Shown here in pieces: positions 28,591 through 39,273 of a stretch of 64,000 bases of DNA. How positions within the stretch are numbered: the first letter of the stretch is position 1; every line of letters begins with the position of its first letter. The notes under the pieces were generated by a model. The model was not told the origin of the DNA. It searched no databases and worked only from the letters and a program-made list of their open reading frames with translations. The DNA comes from a virus. Taxonomy: Duplodnaviria; Caudoviricetes. Position numbers and translations under genes: made by a program. The stretch covers positions 1 to 64,000 of IMG/VR virus record IMGVR_UViG_3300032312_002037, one strand, 5' to 3'.

Positions 28591-29064
28591 TTATACATAG
28601 AACGTTCTCAGGACAGGTTTTAAGTCTTCTGAACTTAATCCATTCTCTGATAAGAATGATTGTAAATCACCATTTGATTCACATAACTTAACTATCATTT
28701 TTTGAAAATTCAAAACAGATCTTCTATCTAAAAATTTATTACCTTCCAACCAAGTTATATCTCCTGTAGGAGAAACAGATGAAGTTATTTTATGTGTATT
28801 GTTACCTGATTGAAATACAGAATTCATAATCCAACCACTACCTGACCTAAATATATCCAAGCTTGTGAATTTAGCATCAGGAAATGGTCTAACATTACCA
28901 ACCAATATACCAAAAGTCATACTATCAATTGCCTTTCTAGACATATCAACTGCGTGATTTCTAATATCTTTAGCTCTATCAGCTTGTCCGTAAGCGGCTA
29001 GCTTATCAGCAGCACTCATATATGTAGAGTAGTCAAGTTCTTCAAATTTTCTTAAATGTTTCAT
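28591..29064 (-). CDS. Hypothetical protein with a CTS-like N-terminus
   Basis: Starts MKHLRKFEE. Confidence 0.7.
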   Translation of the reverse strand: MKHLRKFEELDYSTYMSAADKLAAYGQADRAKDIRNHAVDMSRKAIDSMTFGILVGNVRPFPDAKFTSLDIFRSGSGWIMNSVFQSGNNTHKITSSVSPTGDITWLEGNKFLDRRSVLNFQKMIVKLCESNGDLQSFLSENGLSSEDLKPVLRTFYV

Positions 29065-29097
29065 TTAGAATTATAATTTTTATAGTGTATATATTAT

Positions 29098-29793
29098 TTA
29101 TTTACCACCATATTTTTTCGCACTATTTTGTATTCTTTTAATATGGTCTTTAAGTAAAACATATTTTTCATTAATTTGACCTCTTACGTCATAAAAGTCA
29201 TCAATCATAGACTTCATTATCTCTTGATTTCGTTTACTCTTATCACCTATTTTAGCTTTCCATATATCAAATAACTTACCAGGATCATATTTATTCTTAG
29301 GATGAGCTGAAATTAAAAATCTCGGAACGGTTTCTACACTTATTTTATGAACAAATTTTATTTGTATAGCATTATACTCAACCAAAGCATATTCAAAGCC
29401 ATATTTAATTAATTCAGCATACATGCCTTCATAATTAACCTTTAATAATCTATCTTTTTCAAAATCTTCTTCTATCATAAAATTATCAAATAAGAAAGCT
29501 CTTACTTCTAAAGGAATAAAATTAAAATTAACACCAAAGATTATTATTTGATTTGATATCTTTTTAAAATTAGTAACAAATACAGGCGAATACATCATCC
29601 AATTAGAGTCGTCTAAGTAATGAAAGTGATAAAATCCACCAGGTAGAATACTACTAACATCAACTGAAGTAACGTTATCATCAGATGCTTGATATTTATT
29701 ATAGAAGTATAATGAGTTATTTTTGAAGTTATCAGCTAACCCATCACCATCAACTAACATTCTCAATCCTATTCTATCTACTAATTCTCCCAT
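29098..29793 (-). CDS. T4 gp2-like DNA end protector
   Basis: YSPVFV..FGVNFNFIPLEVR motif; divergent from a gp4-like gene, as in T4-like genomes. Confidence 0.6.
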   Translation of the reverse strand: MGELVDRIGLRMLVDGDGLADNFKNNSLYFYNKYQASDDNVTSVDVSSILPGGFYHFHYLDDSNWMMYSPVFVTNFKKISNQIIIFGVNFNFIPLEVRAFLFDNFMIEEDFEKDRLLKVNYEGMYAELIKYGFEYALVEYNAIQIKFVHKISVETVPRFLISAHPKNKYDPGKLFDIWKAKIGDKSKRNQEIMKSMIDDFYDVRGQINEKYVLLKDHIKRIQNSAKKYGGK

Positions 29794-29837
29794 GGAAATC
29801 TGTTTTCTTTTATATATAAAATAAACTAATCCAAGGT

Positions 29838-30365
29838 ATGTTAAATTCAAAACCAAATAACGCTAATTATAATCAAGGTAACTATATACCAAAATATAAA
29901 GACAAAGTAATTAAATTGAATACTCAGGGTGGAGTTTATTATAGAAGTTCTTGGGAAAAGAAAATAATGACTTGGTTAGATAATAATAAAACTATTACTA
30001 AGTGGGGCGCTGAATGTATGAGAATACCTTACCAAATGACACACTTTGATAATGGTGATACTAAAATAAAAGAACATTGTTATTATCCAGACTTCTATTA
30101 TGAAATGAGAAACTCTGAAGGAGTACTCAAACAAGTCGTTGTAGAGGTTAAACCGTTCAAAGAGTATAAGATGGTTCAAGACTTAAATGAAGGCAACCTA
30201 GTCGTTCCTGAGAATGGAATGAAGAAGTTGAAAAACTTTGAATATGACCTTAAAATGGCTTATAAGAATAAAAACAAATGGGAAACTATGATTAACTGGT
30301 GTGATAAGAAAGGTTATGAATTTATTATCATAACTGAACAACATCTAAAGAAGTTTAACCTTTAA
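29838..30365 (+). CDS. Head completion nuclease (T4 gp4-like, TnsA-N fold)
   Basis: YRSSWE..WGAE..IPY..YYPDF..VEVKP..KWE..FIIITE. Confidence 0.9.
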   Translation: MLNSKPNNANYNQGNYIPKYKDKVIKLNTQGGVYYRSSWEKKIMTWLDNNKTITKWGAECMRIPYQMTHFDNGDTKIKEHCYYPDFYYEMRNSEGVLKQVVVEVKPFKEYKMVQDLNEGNLVVPENGMKKLKNFEYDLKMAYKNKNKWETMINWCDKKGYEFIIITEQHLKKFNL

Positions 30366-30699
30366 TTTTATAAATCAATATTATAAGTACAAAGATAAAA
30401 GATATACTTGGTAAAATATTAGTCCAAATTATATAGAGCCTTCTACTTAAATGATAGAAAGGAAATCTAATTAAGTGTAAGGTAGTTAAAAATATGAATA
30501 GTTCTGATTGAGAAGACCAAATACCTACAATCATCCAAATCCAAAACATAATTCTTAATAAGTAATGAGCTATATCTAATTTAGTTGAGGACTTAACATT
30601 TAAGTTTTTAAAGTTAGTATCTAGTTTTGATTTATTAAAAACATAATAAATCTCATTAAGAGCAAATAAAATTGATATTAAATAAAATAGAGTTATCAT
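30355..30699 (-). CDS. Membrane protein
   Basis: 114 aa with 3-4 hydrophobic helices. Confidence 0.7.
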   Translation of the reverse strand: MITLFYLISILFALNEIYYVFNKSKLDTNFKNLNVKSSTKLDIAHYLLRIMFWIWMIVGIWSSQSELFIFLTTLHLIRFPFYHLSRRLYIIWTNILPSISFIFVLIILIYKIKG

Positions 30700-31001
30700 A
30701 TAGTAGCTTCATTAAAGATTATTTCTTCAAATTTTAATAGATTTTGAAAAGAGGCTTCATCAATTTTAACAGACTTTTCTCTTTCTATCATATTAAATAG
30801 TTTATCTTCTACAAAAACCTCTATCCAATCACCAACAATTCTATCATATTCATTAGGAATAATCGAATTATCTCTATTATTATAGACAACTGATAGATAA
30901 ATATCTCTTTCATCAACATTAAAATGCAATGAACATCCATCACTAAGAAATCCTTCTTTAGTATTAGACTCTTCCCAAAGTTGTAAAACTACTTTATTCA
31001 T
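30696..31001 (-). CDS. Hypothetical protein
   Basis: 101 aa; LQLWEESN..SDGCSLH. Confidence 0.7.
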   Translation of the reverse strand: MNKVVLQLWEESNTKEGFLSDGCSLHFNVDERDIYLSVVYNNRDNSIIPNEYDRIVGDWIEVFVEDKLFNMIEREKSVKIDEASFQNLLKFEEIIFNEATI

Positions 31002-31082
31002 CTATAAAATTTTAATAAGTATTTTATAATTAGTATTAAACAAAGTTTAGTAAAAAACATAAAATAAAAAAACAAATCATTT

Positions 31083-32168
31083 ATGAATATAAAATTAGAG
31101 TACATTTGGCTTGATGGTTCTAACCCTCAACAACTTAGAAGTAAAACTAAAATCACCGAAGCAATTGATTCAATGAACGCGTCAGACTATCCAGTATGGT
31201 CTTTTGATGGAAGTTCAACATTACAAGCTAAGTCAGGTAAGGATAAAAATACTGACTGTCTATTAAAACCTGTTTTTGTAACAAATGATCCATTTAGAGG
31301 CAAAGGCAGCAAATTAGTTTTATGTGAAGTTCTTAATCCAGACAGCACACCACACGAAACAAACAACAGAAGAAAATTAGAAGAAAGAGTTGAAGAATTG
31401 AACATCAATGGCGGTGAGAAATCAGAACTTCCTTGGTTCGGTTGGGAACAAGAATATACTCTTACACACAAACCAATGACTCCATTTGGCATTGGTGAAG
31501 GTATTCCTTTAGGATTTACTTTAGATCCAAGTAAAGAACCTAGACCTCAAGGTGACTATTACTGTGGTATCGGATCAGATAATGTGGTTGGTAGAGAAAT
31601 TGTTGAAGAACATATGGATATTTGTATGGAAATTGGTTTAGATATCTCTGGTATCAATGCTGAGGTTCTCTTAGGACAATGGGAATATCAAATTGGACCA
31701 GTTACTGCTTTAGAAGGATCTGATCAATTATGGGTTTCTAGATACTTGTTACAAAGAGTTGCTGAAAAACATAATGTTAAAGTTTCTCTACACCCTAAAC
31801 CATTAAAAGGTGATTGGAACGGAACAGGATGTCACGTTAACTTTTCTACTAAAGAAATGAGAGAAGAAGGTGGTTTAGAAATAATTAAAGACACTATGGA
31901 GAAATTGGACAGAAACCAAAAAGAGCATATTGCTGTTTATGGATTGCACAATAGCGAAAGACTTACCGGTGCTCACGAAACTTCAAGTATCAATGAGTTT
32001 AGTTATGGATTCTCTACAAGAGATACTTCTATTAGAATTCCAGCTCAGGCGATCATTGAAGGAAAAGGATATTTCGAAGATAGAAGACCAGCATCAAACT
32101 GTGATCCTTATTTAGTATCTGATAGAATGTTAGAAACTGTTTATTCTGAAGTTGAAACCGAAGCATAA
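31083..32168 (+). CDS. glnII: Glutamine synthetase (type II-like)
   Basis: Motifs LEYIWLDG, WSFDGSST, FGWEQEY, GINAEV..QWEYQIGP, HPKP..DWNGTGCHVNFST, YFEDRRPASNCDPY. Confidence 0.92.
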   Translation: MNIKLEYIWLDGSNPQQLRSKTKITEAIDSMNASDYPVWSFDGSSTLQAKSGKDKNTDCLLKPVFVTNDPFRGKGSKLVLCEVLNPDSTPHETNNRRKLEERVEELNINGGEKSELPWFGWEQEYTLTHKPMTPFGIGEGIPLGFTLDPSKEPRPQGDYYCGIGSDNVVGREIVEEHMDICMEIGLDISGINAEVLLGQWEYQIGPVTALEGSDQLWVSRYLLQRVAEKHNVKVSLHPKPLKGDWNGTGCHVNFSTKEMREEGGLEIIKDTMEKLDRNQKEHIAVYGLHNSERLTGAHETSSINEFSYGFSTRDTSIRIPAQAIIEGKGYFEDRRPASNCDPYLVSDRMLETVYSEVETEA

Positions 32169-32329
32169 CATAAATGACAAAAAAGAAAACCTCTCAATTG
32201 AGAGGTTTTTTTATTTTAAAGATGTTTTGAATTTTTTCCTTCCTTCTTTTCTGTCGAGAAGGAAATATAGTTATAGGTATAGAACTCACACCAAATGCAG
32301 GCTCCATTACTATATCAAATGTTTTTAGA

Positions 32330-32695
32330 TTAAAGTGAATGTAATCCTTGTCCATCGTTTGAACCTTCGATTGATATTAACTTGATTAAGTGTTCATTAT
32401 CACCTTTCTTCTTATAAAGTTCATTATAACCTTTGGCTATTCCTCTTTTGAATACCTCTGTGAAATATGCGAACGCATTAACAGATTTATCCTCATTAAA
32501 ATTATACCAGTTTTGGAACATATCTAATAGTCCTGATTGGTAGCAGTCTAATTTATCATCATTAGACCAATATCTCATTTTCTTGATTGTTTTTTTCGCA
32601 AGTAATTCTAACATTTTCTCTGCGTTTCTTGTAAGTTTACCTCGTGCTTTTGATACGATAACCTCGATGTATAAGTCTTTGTTGTTTAGATACAT
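32330..32695 (-). CDS. Late-transcription sigma factor (T4 gp55-like)
   Basis: YLNNKDLY..NAFAYFTE motif; 121 aa. Confidence 0.75.
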   Translation of the reverse strand: MYLNNKDLYIEVIVSKARGKLTRNAEKMLELLAKKTIKKMRYWSNDDKLDCYQSGLLDMFQNWYNFNEDKSVNAFAYFTEVFKRGIAKGYNELYKKKGDNEHLIKLISIEGSNDGQGLHSL

Positions 32696-32827
32696 TCATA
32701 ATACTTATTTTTTTAAGACTCTAGGAGTTAGAGACTTTGTTTCATGTTATACACATGCAACATGAAAAAGTTTCATAATAAAAAAAAATCCTCAAATTTC
32801 TTTGAGGATTTTTATTAATATTAAGTA

Positions 32828-34111
32828 TTAAAGTTTAATTCTTTCGTTGTATTGAAGTTCTTTAGTAGCTTGTAACTCAGTATCTAAGTTTTGTTTTCTT
32901 TTCTCTAAGTTTTTAAGAGCTGTAGTTAAAACTTCTGATTCGCCAATCATTTTGATAGAACCTTTAACTTTAGAGATGTTAAAATTAACGTCTTCAAGTT
33001 TCAAAGTGATTTCTCTTTCTTTGTCTTCTAATTTTCTCTTAACGATTAATTCTTTATCTAATTTATTTTCAAAGAAATAAGTTAAATCATAGTTTAATTC
33101 ATTTCTTACTTCGTTTACTAATTCTAAAGCAGATTCGTATTTGAAGAATGAGTTACCATATCTTTCATCACATCTGTAAACAAAAGTATTGTTTTTGTAA
33201 TTAAAAGCAAATAATTCTAAGTAGGGATTGATTAAGTTGTTAACTCTTTTAACAACATCTAATTCTACAAATTTATCTAAGTTTTTAGAAACTTCTAATA
33301 AAATAGGGTAGAAATTTTTGTTAACGATTGGAACGATTGGAGAAGAGAATAAAGACTCTAATGTTGTTTCTTCGTTCATTTCGTCATCATTGATAAATAG
33401 ACCAGATTTTTTACCAACTGCAAGACCAACTGTTAAGTATTCAGAAATTCTGAAGTTAACTCTGTCTTCTGTGACTTGAGCATATTTCATTGCTGTTTCT
33501 AACATTCTTAAAGACTTTAAAGATTCTTCATCTTTAACGTGATTTTCTAATAATGTTTTTTCAATTGTATTTTCAGATAATAAGAACCATGAATCTCTAA
33601 CTAAAGCAACGTGACCATCTTCTACTTGTTCAACAATAGTGAATGTAGATTCTGCTTTACCACCACTTAAAAGATTAGTTCTTTTTTCTGGTGATTTAGT
33701 CAAATTATGAACGAATAACTTAACTTCCGGAACCCAATCATAAATAGCTAACTCATTAAGAATTTTTGACATTCTATCTTGGTCAGTCTCTAAGTTAATA
33801 GTTTGAAGAACAACGTTTAATGGTTGTCTGTAAAGTTCTCCTTGATTCTTAGAGTTAAGAACATTATATAAATTTTTCAATTCATATAATAATTCATAAC
33901 TTTTCATATCATCATTAAGATTCTCTAAAAGAGATTTAACGCTCTTATCATAAGTGTATGGTTTAAGTCTATCGTTAAGAGAAACTATGATTTGCTTTTC
34001 AGATAACTGATTACAAGCATTCATATGTCCCTCAACTATCACAGAAACTTCCTCCTGGTCAAGAGTAAGGTCCTTTTTGAAGTTAAATAACTCAAGTTTA
34101 AGATTCTTCAT
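32828..34111 (-). CDS. Conserved hypothetical, probably a virion or assembly protein
   Basis: 427 aa with a C-terminal coiled coil, located within the structural cluster. Confidence 0.6.
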   Translation of the reverse strand: MKNLKLELFNFKKDLTLDQEEVSVIVEGHMNACNQLSEKQIIVSLNDRLKPYTYDKSVKSLLENLNDDMKSYELLYELKNLYNVLNSKNQGELYRQPLNVVLQTINLETDQDRMSKILNELAIYDWVPEVKLFVHNLTKSPEKRTNLLSGGKAESTFTIVEQVEDGHVALVRDSWFLLSENTIEKTLLENHVKDEESLKSLRMLETAMKYAQVTEDRVNFRISEYLTVGLAVGKKSGLFINDDEMNEETTLESLFSSPIVPIVNKNFYPILLEVSKNLDKFVELDVVKRVNNLINPYLELFAFNYKNNTFVYRCDERYGNSFFKYESALELVNEVRNELNYDLTYFFENKLDKELIVKRKLEDKEREITLKLEDVNFNISKVKGSIKMIGESEVLTTALKNLEKRKQNLDTELQATKELQYNERIKL

Positions 34112-34191
34112 ATTTTAAAATATTTTTTTTTATATACTCTATATATTATAGATAAAAAGTCATTTTTTACCATTTTTTAATTTTATGGATA

Positions 34192-35142
34192 TTAAGGATT
34201 AGAAGCATCTGCTGGACCCTGCGATCCGTTTGGATTTATTATATTTCCTGATGCTTTTTCTCTAGCTTTAAGAATGTTATTAAACCATCTAGTTCTCTTA
34301 GGAGATATTATCATATAATCAGAGTTAGTAAAAGTACCATAAGCATCATTTGGTGAAGCTGTCTGTGTGTTATAGAAACTACCTGTTTGCCCATAAGCAG
34401 GAGGCTGACCTGGTTGATTGAAAAATTCAGAATAACCACCAGAAAAAGCAAATCCATTAGAATCACTCATACCAGAACCATATGATTGAGGATAACCTTT
34501 GCCGTTAATTCTATCACTTCTAAACGCAGGATAGTAAGTTTCAACTGTAAAAGAAACTTTCATTTTAATATTATTATCAGATGTTAGATTCTTCTCTCTA
34601 GCCATTTCAATTTGATTTGAATCTGGCATTAAAATAACAGCATCTATATTCATAAAATTATACTCAAAATACATAAACTTATATAACCAAAGAGTATCCA
34701 TAATAGCCTGAGAACACTTGAACGTATCAATCTCGGAACTTAATAATATTTCTAAATCATAGTTTACTGTAATTGGAACTGCTCTAACTTTAGCAATTAC
34801 TTTTCTAATCTCTACTTCATTCTCAACAACCATTCTTAACCAAACGTTAGGATTGGCAAATTCGTCAGATTTAATATTAAAACCAGTCATAGTTAAATGA
34901 CCTCTTGGTATCATATCAGTATTCAATTCAACAAATCTATTTTCAGAAACTATATCATCAGTAAATGAGTCTAAAAGGAATCTTTCATCTCCGGTTAAAG
35001 AGTAGTAAAAAGGCACTTGCACGAAGACATCACCAGATGAAAATCTGTTAATCCATTTAATTTGACCTTCTAGAGTGTCTAGAACACAAACAGTTAAGTC
35101 TCTAAAAAATACGTCTTCAAAATTAAATCTTTCACCAATCAT
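34192..35142 (-). CDS. Tail sheath stabiliser/terminator (T4 gp15-like)
   Basis: VQVPFYY, PRGHLTMTG, AVPITVNYDLEI, FTVETYYP. Confidence 0.7.
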   Translation of the reverse strand: MIGERFNFEDVFFRDLTVCVLDTLEGQIKWINRFSSGDVFVQVPFYYSLTGDERFLLDSFTDDIVSENRFVELNTDMIPRGHLTMTGFNIKSDEFANPNVWLRMVVENEVEIRKVIAKVRAVPITVNYDLEILLSSEIDTFKCSQAIMDTLWLYKFMYFEYNFMNIDAVILMPDSNQIEMAREKNLTSDNNIKMKVSFTVETYYPAFRSDRINGKGYPQSYGSGMSDSNGFAFSGGYSEFFNQPGQPPAYGQTGSFYNTQTASPNDAYGTFTNSDYMIISPKRTRWFNNILKAREKASGNIINPNGSQGPADASNP

Positions 35143-35198
35143 AGTTGTATATATTAAATATAAACTTTCTCTTCATGAATTTATATACCTATTACTAA

Positions 35199-36170
35199 TT
35201 GAATATTATGTCTGTTAAATCTTTACTTTTATGGGAAAAATGGCGTCCAAAAAATATGGAGGATGTTATTCTTTTACCTAGAATCAGGAAACACTTTGAG
35301 TTTGGTATAAACCAAAACTTTATATTCTATGGTCACTTTGGTACCGGAAAAACCAGTTTGGCTAGAATTCTTATTGGTAAATACACAAAGGATAAGCCAT
35401 ATCTTGAATTAAACTCGTCTTTATATACATCTATTGATGTGTTAAGAAGTGAGATTGAAGATTTCTGTAAATTTACTCCAATGATGGAGACAGACTCTGA
35501 TATTAAATACATCTTTTTAGATGAATTTGAAAGAGTATCGGCTCAATTTCAAGATGCCTTCAAAGCATTTATTGAAAAATATAATAAGAATGTTAGATTC
35601 ATTATTACAACCAACCACTTAAATAAAATTTCTGATGGAATTAAATCTAGAATTCCTCAGATTAACTTTGACTGTCAAAGTCTTGAAGAAGAAAAGTATC
35701 TTAAACAAGAGGTTTATAAGAGAATTAATAATGTAATTCTACCAAAAGAAGGCAAAGAGATTCCTAAAGAAGACTTAGCTTCTATTATCACTAAGAAGTT
35801 TCCAGACTTTAGATCTATAATGGTTGAAGTTCAAAACTATTTAGAAACTGGTAGTTTAGGCGAGAACACATCTAATGTATCCAACAAAGTAAAATTAGAT
35901 TTATACTCTTGTATTTATGATAAATCATTAGACTATGAGAAAATATATCACTTCTTAATGACTAATTTTGGTGCAGAAAAAATTGATGTGATGGTTCGGC
36001 TTTTAGGAAAACCATTTATCGACTGGTCTATATCGGAAAGTAAGAATATAGACAAACTATTCGAATGTAATTTCATAATATCAGACTACTCATCAAAGTT
36101 AGAGACCAATACAGATCCTATAGTTTTAGGCTTAACAATAATTGGTAAGTTTAGAGATATTTTACTATAA
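35199..36170 (+). CDS. Clamp loader ATPase subunit (T4 gp44/RFC-like)
   Basis: WEKWRP, GHFGTGKT (Walker A), FLDEFE (Walker B), RFIITTN. Confidence 0.92.
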   Translation: MNIMSVKSLLLWEKWRPKNMEDVILLPRIRKHFEFGINQNFIFYGHFGTGKTSLARILIGKYTKDKPYLELNSSLYTSIDVLRSEIEDFCKFTPMMETDSDIKYIFLDEFERVSAQFQDAFKAFIEKYNKNVRFIITTNHLNKISDGIKSRIPQINFDCQSLEEEKYLKQEVYKRINNVILPKEGKEIPKEDLASIITKKFPDFRSIMVEVQNYLETGSLGENTSNVSNKVKLDLYSCIYDKSLDYEKIYHFLMTNFGAEKIDVMVRLLGKPFIDWSISESKNIDKLFECNFIISDYSSKLETNTDPIVLGLTIIGKFRDILL

Positions 36171-36202
36171 CAAAAGAGCCATAATATATTAATATATATG
36201 TT

Positions 36203-36577
36203 ATGGCTTTTGACTTTACAGATTTTTATATTGAGTATCCTGGGCACCCAAGATTTAATGATACTCAAATTATCGAGGATGACCTTGTTAGAGTTGTTCT
36301 ACAAAAATGGGAAATGATGATATTCACTAATAGAGGTGAAGTATTATGTGAGCCTGGTTTTGGAGGAGACTTACCAAAATATTTGCACGAAACAAGACTT
36401 TCCGCGGAAACAATATCCGCCGAATTAAGACAACAAGTAAATAAATATATTCCAGAACTAGATTCAATAACATACGACTTACAAGTTACCTTTTATGATG
36501 ATCCAGAAAGATACCAAGAATACATGGAGATACTATTTCAAATAGCTGACTATAATGTATATGCTGTTATAACTTAA
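36203..36577 (+). CDS. Baseplate wedge protein (gp25-like)
   Basis: TNRGEVLCEPGFGGDL..YIPE motif. Confidence 0.8.
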   Translation: MAFDFTDFYIEYPGHPRFNDTQIIEDDLVRVVLQKWEMMIFTNRGEVLCEPGFGGDLPKYLHETRLSAETISAELRQQVNKYIPELDSITYDLQVTFYDDPERYQEYMEILFQIADYNVYAVIT

Positions 36578-36771
36578 AGAGTTTGTTTGAACTGCTCAAA
36601 AGTCATTATAGATTCGTTTTCAACAAACTTTGGAAGTGATTTCATCTTAACACCATCTGTCCAGTCTTTATTAAAAACCCACTTCATATTTTTGGGAGAT
36701 TTTTTCTTACCACCATATTTATGTCTCATTGCATAAATGTATTTCAATTGTTGTTGGCTTTTAGCTGGCAT
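36574..36771 (-). CDS. Small basic protein
   Basis: Starts MPAKSQQQ; 65 aa. Confidence 0.65.
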   Translation of the reverse strand: MPAKSQQQLKYIYAMRHKYGGKKKSPKNMKWVFNKDWTDGVKMKSLPKFVENESIMTFEQFKQTL

Positions 36772-36817
36772 AAAATAATTAAAGTTTAAATATATATTAA
36801 TTTTTATATATAGATGT

Positions 36818-37216
36818 ATGAGGTATTTAAAAACATTTGAGTCTTATATTGATAATGAACTAATATCTAACATTGAGTTTTATAAAGTTCCTGCCGGTGA
36901 TAAAACTATTTTCAAGCCATCATTCGGTGCTGAGAGAGGTGAAACCAATTTTTATCAATTAAGATTGGATGGAAAACCTGTAGTAGAAATAGAAGTTAAT
37001 CCAAATTCAAACTATGGTAAACCCGAAATAATGTCAGCATTCCCTGATATTAAAGGTAGAGGTTTAGGTGAATATCTAGCTAAGAAGATTTTAGATATTT
37101 ATTTAGAAGATGAAGTCTTTGTAAGATGTACAAAAGATAGTAAGAAATTCTGGCAAAGATGTGGTGCTACAGTTGTTGATCCAAAAGACCCTTACTTATT
37201 ACACTTTATTAAATAA
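36818..37216 (+). CDS. GNAT-like acetyltransferase with a CTS-like N-terminus
   Basis: Acetyl-CoA motif KGRGLGEYL and KFWQRCG; starts MRYLKTFESY. Confidence 0.65.
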   Translation: MRYLKTFESYIDNELISNIEFYKVPAGDKTIFKPSFGAERGETNFYQLRLDGKPVVEIEVNPNSNYGKPEIMSAFPDIKGRGLGEYLAKKILDIYLEDEVFVRCTKDSKKFWQRCGATVVDPKDPYLLHFIK

Positions 37217-37254
37217 TCGGCAAAAGGAACTTTTCGTGTTTTAATATATAAGAT

Positions 37255-37953
37255 ATGAAAACATGTAGTAAATGTAAAGAAATTAAAAATCTTTCAGAAT
37301 TTTCAAAAAGATCTGACTCTAAAGATGGTTATAGATCACAGTGTAGAAAATGTAGAAACACTCAAGAAGCTAAAGATAGAGTGAATAGATACTACAAAAA
37401 CAATCGTGATGTATTATTAGATAAAAGCAAAGAAAGAAAATTAAAAAAATCTGATCCAAATTCAAAAATCAGAACAATTAGAAAGATGTTTGAGTCTTGT
37501 GATGAAAATCAGAGTGTTTGTACAAAATGTATGAATATAAAAAACAAGAAAAATTTCATAAAGGATAAAAGTAGGAAAAACGGTTTATCGGCTCAATGTA
37601 ATGATTGTAAAAATAAATACTACAAAAATAAGAAAAAAGATGATATTATATTCAAATTATCAACAACCATAAGAAGTATGATATCATCTTACATAAAATC
37701 AAATGGTATTAAAAAGTCAAAAAAATCTGAAGAAATAATTGGTTGTAAATTTACAGATTTAAAAATTCATTTAGAATTAAAATTTAGAGATGGCATGAAT
37801 TGGGAAAACTATGGATTATGGCACATAGACCATATAATACCTATAAGCTATGCTAAATCTGAAGAGGAAATATACAAACTAAATCATTATTCAAACTTTC
37901 AACCATTATGGGCAAAAGATAATTTATCCAAAGGAAATAGATTTATTGGATAG
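37255..37953 (+). CDS. HNH-type homing endonuclease (endonuclease VII-like)
   Basis: Two CxxC..CxxC fingers; WHIDHIIP..NHYSNFQPLW..N.SKG. Confidence 0.85.
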   Translation: MKTCSKCKEIKNLSEFSKRSDSKDGYRSQCRKCRNTQEAKDRVNRYYKNNRDVLLDKSKERKLKKSDPNSKIRTIRKMFESCDENQSVCTKCMNIKNKKNFIKDKSRKNGLSAQCNDCKNKYYKNKKKDDIIFKLSTTIRSMISSYIKSNGIKKSKKSEEIIGCKFTDLKIHLELKFRDGMNWENYGLWHIDHIIPISYAKSEEEIYKLNHYSNFQPLWAKDNLSKGNRFIG

Positions 37954-38557
37954 GACAACTTGTTGAAGTGTATATAAATTTCCAATCTCTTTTTATTTTA
38001 ACACCTAAAGATAAGGCGGCAGTATAAATATCCTCTAAACATTCACCATCAGCACCACCTACTATAGTAACCGCCTCATTTCTTAAACTTAAAAGTAAAT
38101 TATATAACTTTTTACTAAGATGGTGCCATTTATGATTATTACCAACATAAACAATATATGTTCCTTCTTTAGTTGGAAATATATCACCTTTCTTTAATAA
38201 ACTATTATCTTCTTTATCAGAAATTTCGTTATAAACTTCTTTATCTAGTATCTTCTTATAAAAGTCAGCATCTACTTTATAGTTATATCTTTTTTCAATA
38301 AGTTCTTTTTGATTAGGAAAGTGATAAAGATCTTTATGAATAGGAATTACTGGAGTTTCATCATATAAATAATCCTTATCTACATTCTTACCATCTATAT
38401 GATTATCCCACACTTGGTAAACACTTTGAAAATTATTACAATACTTCTTTAATTCATTAAGATACATTTCTGAAAAGAACTTTCTAAATGATTTCTGAAC
38501 ATCAACTATAATTAATGTTCCATTACTATGACTCTCAAATGTTTTAAGGAATTTCAT
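37943..38557 (-). CDS. Cysteine-hydrolase (isochorismatase-like) fold protein with a CTS-like N-terminus
   Basis: LIIVDVQ and VTIVGGADGECL; likely start MKFLKTFESH. Confidence 0.65.
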   Translation of the reverse strand: MKFLKTFESHSNGTLIIVDVQKSFRKFFSEMYLNELKKYCNNFQSVYQVWDNHIDGKNVDKDYLYDETPVIPIHKDLYHFPNQKELIEKRYNYKVDADFYKKILDKEVYNEISDKEDNSLLKKGDIFPTKEGTYIVYVGNNHKWHHLSKKLYNLLLSLRNEAVTIVGGADGECLEDIYTAALSLGVKIKRDWKFIYTSTSCPIQ

Positions 38558-38626
38558 AAAGTATATATTAAATAAAAAACCCATCAAAATATTTGATGGG
38601 TTTTAATTCTTTGAATATTTTATAGA

Positions 38627-39214
38627 TTAAAGAGGTAATTCTTCTTCACCTTCTTTATTTTCTTCTTCACCTTGTGTTTCTTGCTCTTCTTCACCTTGTG
38701 CTGGAGCTTGAGCTTCTCCTTGAGCAGGTGCTTGAGCTTGTCCTTGTGCTGGTTCTTCAAATTCGCCTTGTGCTGGAGCTTCTTGAGCTTGAGCAGGTGC
38801 TTCTTCAGTTTGAGCTGGTTGAGCCTGAGCTTGAGGAGCTTCTTGTGTTTGTGCTTGAGGATGTGCTTGAGGTTGAGCCTCTACTTGAACTTGAGGTTGA
38901 GTCTGAGGCTGTGTTTGAGTTTGTGATTGACCACCACCCATTAAAGCTCCACCAGGAATTTTCTCAACATCTAAGTTATCCATGTTAATAAACTTTACAA
39001 TTTCTTCAGCAATATCGACATCACCAAAGAACGTGCGTAGGTTTTTACCTGTAGTGTCTTTTACTTTTTTCACATAAGCATTGATTAAAGATTGAGGAAT
39101 ATCAATCATTGTCTTCACTTTGTAAATATCGTTTACTTGAAGAACCGATTCTTTAATGATTTCTTCTCTGTTCTTTTTAATACGATAGTTTTCATATGTT
39201 CTAATATGCTTCAT
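38627..39214 (-). CDS. Hypothetical protein with a Q/A/P/E low-complexity tail and CTS-like N-terminus
   Basis: Starts MKHIRTYENY; QAQEAPAQ repeats. Confidence 0.75.
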   Translation of the reverse strand: MKHIRTYENYRIKKNREEIIKESVLQVNDIYKVKTMIDIPQSLINAYVKKVKDTTGKNLRTFFGDVDIAEEIVKFINMDNLDVEKIPGGALMGGGQSQTQTQPQTQPQVQVEAQPQAHPQAQTQEAPQAQAQPAQTEEAPAQAQEAPAQGEFEEPAQGQAQAPAQGEAQAPAQGEEEQETQGEEENKEGEEELPL

Positions 39215-39273
39215 TTGTATTTGAATATTTTTTATAGATTATATATTAAGTATTAAAACTCATTTTTTATCAT

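Noticed and set aside
23880-32330. Weak shared word TATAGTAATG-GGAG in intergenic gaps at about 23900 (+) and 32300 (-) as a possible ncRNA family
   Set aside because: The match is too short for such AT-rich DNA and I could not find a shared fold.
38672-38988. Antisense ORFs over the Q/A/P-rich tail, and similar ones at 26714-27032
   Set aside because: They arise from stop-poor repeats on the opposite strand and lack their own start signals.
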